Source of the DNA: an uncultured Eubacteriales bacterium | GTDB lineage: Bacteria > Bacillota > Clostridia > Oscillospirales > Acutalibacteraceae | Length of the DNA stretch: 29,123 nt | NCBI GenBank assembly: GCA_964604065.1 | Contig: CAZRXQ010000002.1 | Coordinates: forward strand, 1-29,123 | Reading direction: 5' to 3' | Shown here: positions 25,171 to 29,123 of the stretch, piece after piece | Position numbering within the stretch: position 1 is the stretch's first letter | Layout: every line of letters starts with the position of its first letter | Notes under the pieces: model-generated | Databases searched by the model: none | What the model was told of the DNA's origin: nothing | What the model saw: only the letters and a program-made list of their open reading frames with translations | Translations under genes and position numbers: made by a program

Positions 25171-25248
25171 TAAAAGAGTGAATTCCCACATTAAATTCCG
25201 CTTCAAATTCCACTGTGGAATTTACTTTGGGAATTCACTGCTCTTTTA
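25171..25248. repeat. Nested inverted-repeat element with five AATTCC half-sites
   Basis: taaaagag/ctctttta, gtgaattccca/tgggaattcac, inner aaattccac-t-gtggaattt. Confidence 0.7.
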
Positions 25249-25260
25249 CAAAGCCTGTTA

Positions 25261-25288
25261 TTGACAAAATCAAATTATGTGGTATTAT
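25261..25288 (+). promoter_or_regulatory. Promoter for FMN riboswitch-ribU
   Basis: TTGACA-16-TATTAT with TGn extension. Confidence 0.65.
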
Positions 25289-25298
25289 TAAATTGTGA

Positions 25299-25409
25299 AA
25301 GCTTCGGGGCGGGGTGAGATTCCCCACCGGCAGTAAAGTCTGCGAGCCGATTTTCGGCTGATCGGGTGAAATTCCCGAACCGACGGTAAAGTCCGGATGA
25401 TAGAAGCTG
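25299..25409 (+). ncRNA. FMN riboswitch (RFN element)
   Basis: agcttcGGGGCGGGGTGAGATTCCCcACCGGCAGTAAAGTCTGCGAGCC...TGATCGGGTGAAATTCCCGAACCGACGGTAAAGTCCGGATGatagaagct matches the RFN pattern; P1 agcttc/gaagct. Confidence 0.95.
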
Positions 25410-25427
25410 TAGGCAAAAGCCGTTTTT

Positions 25428-25458
25428 ATCGCCCCGAAAATTTCGGAGCGATTTTTTT
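25428..25458 (+). terminator. Riboswitch-controlled terminator (expression platform)
   Basis: atcgccccgaa/ttcggagcgat stem plus T6; its 5' arm cgccccgaa is complementary to ttcggggcg (25303-25311), giving an antiterminator. Confidence 0.85.
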
Positions 25459-25475
25459 ATAAAGGCGATGATGTT

Positions 25476-26033
25476 ATGTCAAAATCCACAACAAGGTCAA
25501 GGCTTATTAAGCTTACAACAGCGGCTGTTTTAACGGCGCTTTCGCTTGTATTTACGTTTACATTGCGTTTTCCGATGTTCACAAGCTTTTACGAAATGGA
25601 GTTTTCGGATTTTCCCGTGCTTGTAACAACATTTCTTTTAGGGCCTGTTTACGGAATTGTATCTCTTTTTACGGTTTGCCTTATTCAGGCAACAACCGTC
25701 AGCGCTTCAAGCGGTATAATAGGCTTTTTAATGCATTTTATATCATCGGGCGCTATGATTCTTATTGTGTATTTCATAAGAAAAAAGCTCGGCGGTATAA
25801 AGGGTGCGATAATATCGGGCATTCTCGGCGTAACGGTAATGGTTCTTATAATGATTCCGATGAATATTTGGCTTACAACCGTGTTTATGGGGCTTCCCGT
25901 GGGCGAATTCGTAAAGGGCTTTCTCGGCGTGTGTATCGGATTTAATCTGATAAAAGCATCCTCTAATGTGCTTATTTTTTCCTTTGCATACCCCACTTTA
26001 AACAAACAGTTCAAAAAGCTTTTAAAGCAGTAA
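25476..26033 (+). CDS. ribU: ECF transporter S component, riboflavin-specific (RibU-like)
   Basis: Six-TM pattern, FYEMEFSDFPVL, LGPVYG, GFLMHF, FNLIK; lies under an FMN riboswitch. Confidence 0.85.
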   Translation: MSKSTTRSRLIKLTTAAVLTALSLVFTFTLRFPMFTSFYEMEFSDFPVLVTTFLLGPVYGIVSLFTVCLIQATTVSASSGIIGFLMHFISSGAMILIVYFIRKKLGGIKGAIISGILGVTVMVLIMIPMNIWLTTVFMGLPVGEFVKGFLGVCIGFNLIKASSNVLIFSFAYPTLNKQFKKLLKQ

Positions 26034-26072
26034 ATAACATTTTCTATTCTCGGGTTACGGAGTGATAATATT

Positions 26073-26801
26073 ATGAAAACAAGTACATATAATCTTACAA
26101 ACGAGGGAGTAACTCTCACATCATATTTGCTCGATTATTCAAAAGAAATGAAAGGAAGCGAAAAACGTCCGTTTATGCTTCTTTTTCCGGGCGGTGCTTA
26201 CAAAATTTGCTCCGACCGTGAAGCAGAGCCTATAGCGATGCATTTTCTTTCAATGGGAATAGACGTGTTTATTTTGCGCTATTCACTGAACGAGAATTCG
26301 CTGTTTCCGAGACCGCTTGAAGATGCGAAGGAGGCGTTTTCGTTTATTTTAAGTAACGCGGACGAATTCGGTGTCGATGCTTCGCGCTCGGCTGTTTGCG
26401 GCTTTTCCGCGGGCGGACATCTTGCGGCGGCGTTTGCCTTAACGGGCGGTTTTGAAATCTCGGCAATGGTTTTGGGCTATCCGTGTATTACGGAGGATAT
26501 TTGCTCGTCGGACGTTTTGTATTCGAAAGTTCCGGCTCTCGATTCGTTTGTAACAAAGAATGCGCCGCCTGCGTTTATTTTTGCCGCCGCGGATGACAAA
26601 ACAGTGCCGCTTAAAAGCTCTTTAAAGCTTGCTTCGAAACTTTCCGAAAACGGTGTGCCGTATGAGCTTCATATATACGAAAACGGCGGTCACGGTTTTG
26701 CGACGGGGGATTATGTGACGAACGATATTGCCTGCGCTTTGGATGCGCAAAATTGGGTGACGCAATGCAAATCGTTTCTTAAAAGACGCTTTTTCTTCTA
26801 A
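26073..26801 (+). CDS. Alpha/beta-hydrolase (carboxylesterase-like)
   Basis: FPGGAY oxyanion motif, GFSAGG nucleophile elbow, DKTVP, HGF catalytic His. Confidence 0.88.
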   Translation: MKTSTYNLTNEGVTLTSYLLDYSKEMKGSEKRPFMLLFPGGAYKICSDREAEPIAMHFLSMGIDVFILRYSLNENSLFPRPLEDAKEAFSFILSNADEFGVDASRSAVCGFSAGGHLAAAFALTGGFEISAMVLGYPCITEDICSSDVLYSKVPALDSFVTKNAPPAFIFAAADDKTVPLKSSLKLASKLSENGVPYELHIYENGGHGFATGDYVTNDIACALDAQNWVTQCKSFLKRRFFF

Positions 26802-26806
26802 ACCTA

Positions 26807-26835
26807 TTGACAAACTACGGTAAAACAACTAAAAT
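26807..26835 (+). promoter_or_regulatory. Promoter for acpP-proS
   Basis: TTGACA-17-TAAAAT. Confidence 0.75.
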
Positions 26836-26875
26836 CATAAGTTGATGATAAACTTAATGAATTGGAGCTGTATTT

Positions 26876-27100
26876 ATGATTTTTGAAAGAATTAAAACAA
26901 TCATCAGTAATGAATTTGATATCAACGAAAACGAAATTACATTAAACACCTCGCTTTTCGACGAGCTTGATATTGACAGTCTCGATCTTGTGGATCTTGT
27001 TATGACTCTTGAAGATGAGTTTTCGATAGAGCTTCCGGACGAAGCGCTTGCCGATATGAAAACAGTCGGAGATGTTGTTAAATATATCGAAGAAAACTAA
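26876..27100 (+). CDS. acpP: Acyl carrier protein
   Basis: 74-aa acidic protein, LDIDSLDLVDLV phosphopantetheine Ser motif, TVGDVVKYI. Confidence 0.95.
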   Translation: MIFERIKTIISNEFDINENEITLNTSLFDELDIDSLDLVDLVMTLEDEFSIELPDEALADMKTVGDVVKYIEEN

Positions 27101-27118
27101 GAAAAGGAAATTTTAAAA

Positions 27119-28558
27119 ATGGCTGATCAGAAAAAAATGGTTGAAGCTATCACCTCCATGGAGGATGATTTTGCTCAATGGTATACGGATGTTGTAAAAA
27201 AAGCCGACCTTGTTGACTATTCAAGCGTTAAGGGCTGTATGATTATTCGTCCCTACGGCTATGCTATTTGGGAGAATATTCAGGCTATTCTCGACAGGCG
27301 CTTTAAGGAAACGGGTCACGAGAATGTTTATATGCCGATGTTTATTCCCGAAAGCCTTTTGCAAAAGGAAAAGGATCACGTTGAGGGGTTTGCGCCCGAA
27401 TGTGCCTGGGTAACACACGGCGGCAGTGAAAAGCTTGAGGAGCGTCTTTGCGTAAGACCCACCTCAGAGACGCTTTTCTGCGAGCACTATGCGAAAATAG
27501 TTCAGTCTCACAGAGATTTACCGAAGCTTTACAACCAGTGGTGCAACGTGGTTCGTTGGGAAAAAACAACGCGCCCCTTCCTTCGTACAAGAGAATTTTT
27601 GTGGCAGGAGGGTCACACCGTTCACGCAACTGCCGAGGAAGCAGTTGAAGAAACCGAGCGTATGCTTAACGTATATGCCGATTTTTGCGAGGATGCGCTT
27701 TGTATGCCCGTTATAAGAGGCAAAAAGACCGAAAGCGACAAGTTTGCCGGCGCTGTTGCAACATATGCAATTGAGGCTCTTATGCACGACGGCAAGGCGC
27801 TTCAGGCGGCAACCTCTCACTATTTCGGTGACGGCTTCGCAAGAGCCTTTAATATGACGTATCAGGATAAGGAAAACAAGCTTCAGTATGTTCATCAGAC
27901 CTCGTGGGGTTCAACCACAAGACTTATAGGTGCGCTTATAATGTCTCACGGTGACAATAACGGTCTTGTTCTTCCGCCCAAGGTAGCACCCGTACAGGTT
28001 GTTATTATTCCCGTTGCACAGCATAAGGAAGGCGTGCTTGACAAAGCGTTTGAGCTTCGCGATCGCCTTTCAAAGCAGTTCAGAGTTAAGGTGGATTCCT
28101 CCGAGCAGTCTGCCGGCTGGAAGTTTGCGGAGTACGAGATGAAGGGTGTTCCGCTTCGTCTTGAAATAGGTCCTAAGGATATTGAGAAAAATCAGTGCGT
28201 AATTGTTCGTCGCGACAACAGAGAGAAGCTTTTTGTTTCGCTTGACAATCTTGAAGGCTCAATCGAAACGGCTTTAAACGATTTTGCGAAGGCGATTTAC
28301 GACAAGGCAAAAACGAATCTTGAAAACAGAACCTACACCTGCACAAGCATTGACGAAATCAACGAAAAGCTTTTGTCGAACGGCGACGGCTTTGTTAAGG
28401 CAATGTGGTGCGGCGAGGAAGAGTGCGAGGACAAGGTTAAGGAGCTCACGGGTGTTGGCTCGCGTTGCATTCCCTTTAATCAGGAAAATCTTTCCGACAC
28501 CTGCGTTTGCTGCGGTAAGCCTGCAAAGTATATGGTTTATTGGGGTAAGGCGTATTAA
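27119..28558 (+). CDS. proS: Proline-tRNA ligase, archaeal/eukaryal type
   Basis: [47 protein letters not shown]-terminal Zn domain RCIPF...CVCCG. Confidence 0.97.
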   Translation: MADQKKMVEAITSMEDDFAQWYTDVVKKADLVDYSSVKGCMIIRPYGYAIWENIQAILDRRFKETGHENVYMPMFIPESLLQKEKDHVEGFAPECAWVTHGGSEKLEERLCVRPTSETLFCEHYAKIVQSHRDLPKLYNQWCNVVRWEKTTRPFLRTREFLWQEGHTVHATAEEAVEETERMLNVYADFCEDALCMPVIRGKKTESDKFAGAVATYAIEALMHDGKALQAATSHYFGDGFARAFNMTYQDKENKLQYVHQTSWGSTTRLIGALIMSHGDNNGLVLPPKVAPVQVVIIPVAQHKEGVLDKAFELRDRLSKQFRVKVDSSEQSAGWKFAEYEMKGVPLRLEIGPKDIEKNQCVIVRRDNREKLFVSLDNLEGSIETALNDFAKAIYDKAKTNLENRTYTCTSIDEINEKLLSNGDGFVKAMWCGEEECEDKVKELTGVGSRCIPFNQENLSDTCVCCGKPAKYMVYWGKAY

Positions 28559-28575
28559 TTCAAGAGAGGTAAATT

Positions 28576-29123
28576 ATGAAGACATCGCATAAAAGATTAT
28601 TATCCCTTATACTCGTTGCGGTAATGCTTTTCACCGTTTCCTTCCAGTCGCTTGCATTGGGCGGAGCTTCGTGGGATGACGTTTGGAGCACTGCCGACGC
28701 CGAAGCGGGCGTAATTATGTTTGTGGGCTCAAGCGAGAGCGAACGCAATTTTTCGTGGTATTCCGCAAGCGAGAGCGTTCCCACGGTAACGGTTTCGAAA
28801 TACAGAAGCCTTTTAGATGCAACCGTATTTAAGGGCTATTCCGTAAAAGCGCCCGACGGCGATTTTGCAAACAAGGTTACCGTTACGGGACTTGAGTACA
28901 ACACAAGGTATTATTACAGATGCGAAAGCGCGGGCTTTAAATCCGATGTTTACAGCTTTAAAACTGCGGACGACACGACCTTTTCCGCTATGTATGTTAC
29001 GGATATTCACATAACCCGTGACGACAGCGAAAATCCCGACAGCCTTAAGGACAGTGCGGAAAAGTTCAGCGGCGTTTTCGACGAAGCGCTTAGTAAAAAC
29101 AGCGATATTTCGCTTATTCTTTC
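28576..29123 (+). CDS. Secreted metallophosphoesterase with purple-acid-phosphatase-type FN3 N-terminal domain (partial, runs off the window)
   Basis: Manual translation: MKTSHKRLLSLILVAVMLFTVSFQSLA signal peptide, RNFSWY, VTVTGLEYNTRYYYR, YSFKT, MYVTDIH; open to the window end; GAGAGG RBS. Confidence 0.8.
   Translation, partial: MKTSHKRLLSLILVAVMLFTVSFQSLALGGASWDDVWSTADAEAGVIMFVGSSESERNFSWYSASESVPTVTVSKYRSLLDATVFKGYSVKAPDGDFANKVTVTGLEYNTRYYYRCESAGFKSDVYSFKTADDTTFSAMYVTDIHITRDDSENPDSLKDSAEKFSGVFDEALSKNSDISLIL

Noticed and set aside
25096-25206. 37-aa extension of SpmA in the ORF track
   Set aside because: Not SpmA-like; a strong RBS precedes ATG 25095
1-29123. Apparent scarcity of GGCC/CTAG and abundance of AAGCTT
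   Set aside because: Not counted rigorously; AAGCTT is explained by AAG-CTT (Lys-Leu) codon preference; a k-mer observed/expected analysis is needed

Overview
Gene-dense chromosomal window from a moderately AT-rich, spore-forming Bacillota bacterium, probably Clostridia/Oscillospirales-like (inferred from spmAB, sigma-A promoters, an FMN riboswitch with an ECF S-component, and archaeal/eukaryal-type ProRS). Gene order: typA; two tandem murE paralogues outside any dcw cluster; acyl-CoA ligase, FAD oxidoreductase and DHHW protein; an SPFH / Zn-ribbon / TPM (ydjI-G-H-like) operon; a convergent OmpR-family two-component system; a divergent membrane protein, radical SAM enzyme and serine hydrolase; an orphan mazF; metK-radC; an HTH-AAA-PD-(D/E)XK gene with a palindromic promoter; spmAB; FMN riboswitch, ribU and an esterase; acpP-proS; and a truncated secreted metallophosphoesterase missing from the ORF track. 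No tRNA, rRNA, CRISPR array or transposase was seen. Best leads: (1) the murE pair, whose specificity loops read DDPR and ENSR instead of the meso-DAP motif DNPR and whose divergence is concentrated in the amino-acid-binding domain, suggesting non-canonical peptidoglycan stems; (2) a probably autoregulated HTH-AAA-nuclease gene; (3) phased TTAACA boxes linking the two-component system to the divergent genes. All motif calls and counts were made by eye; no database searches were run.
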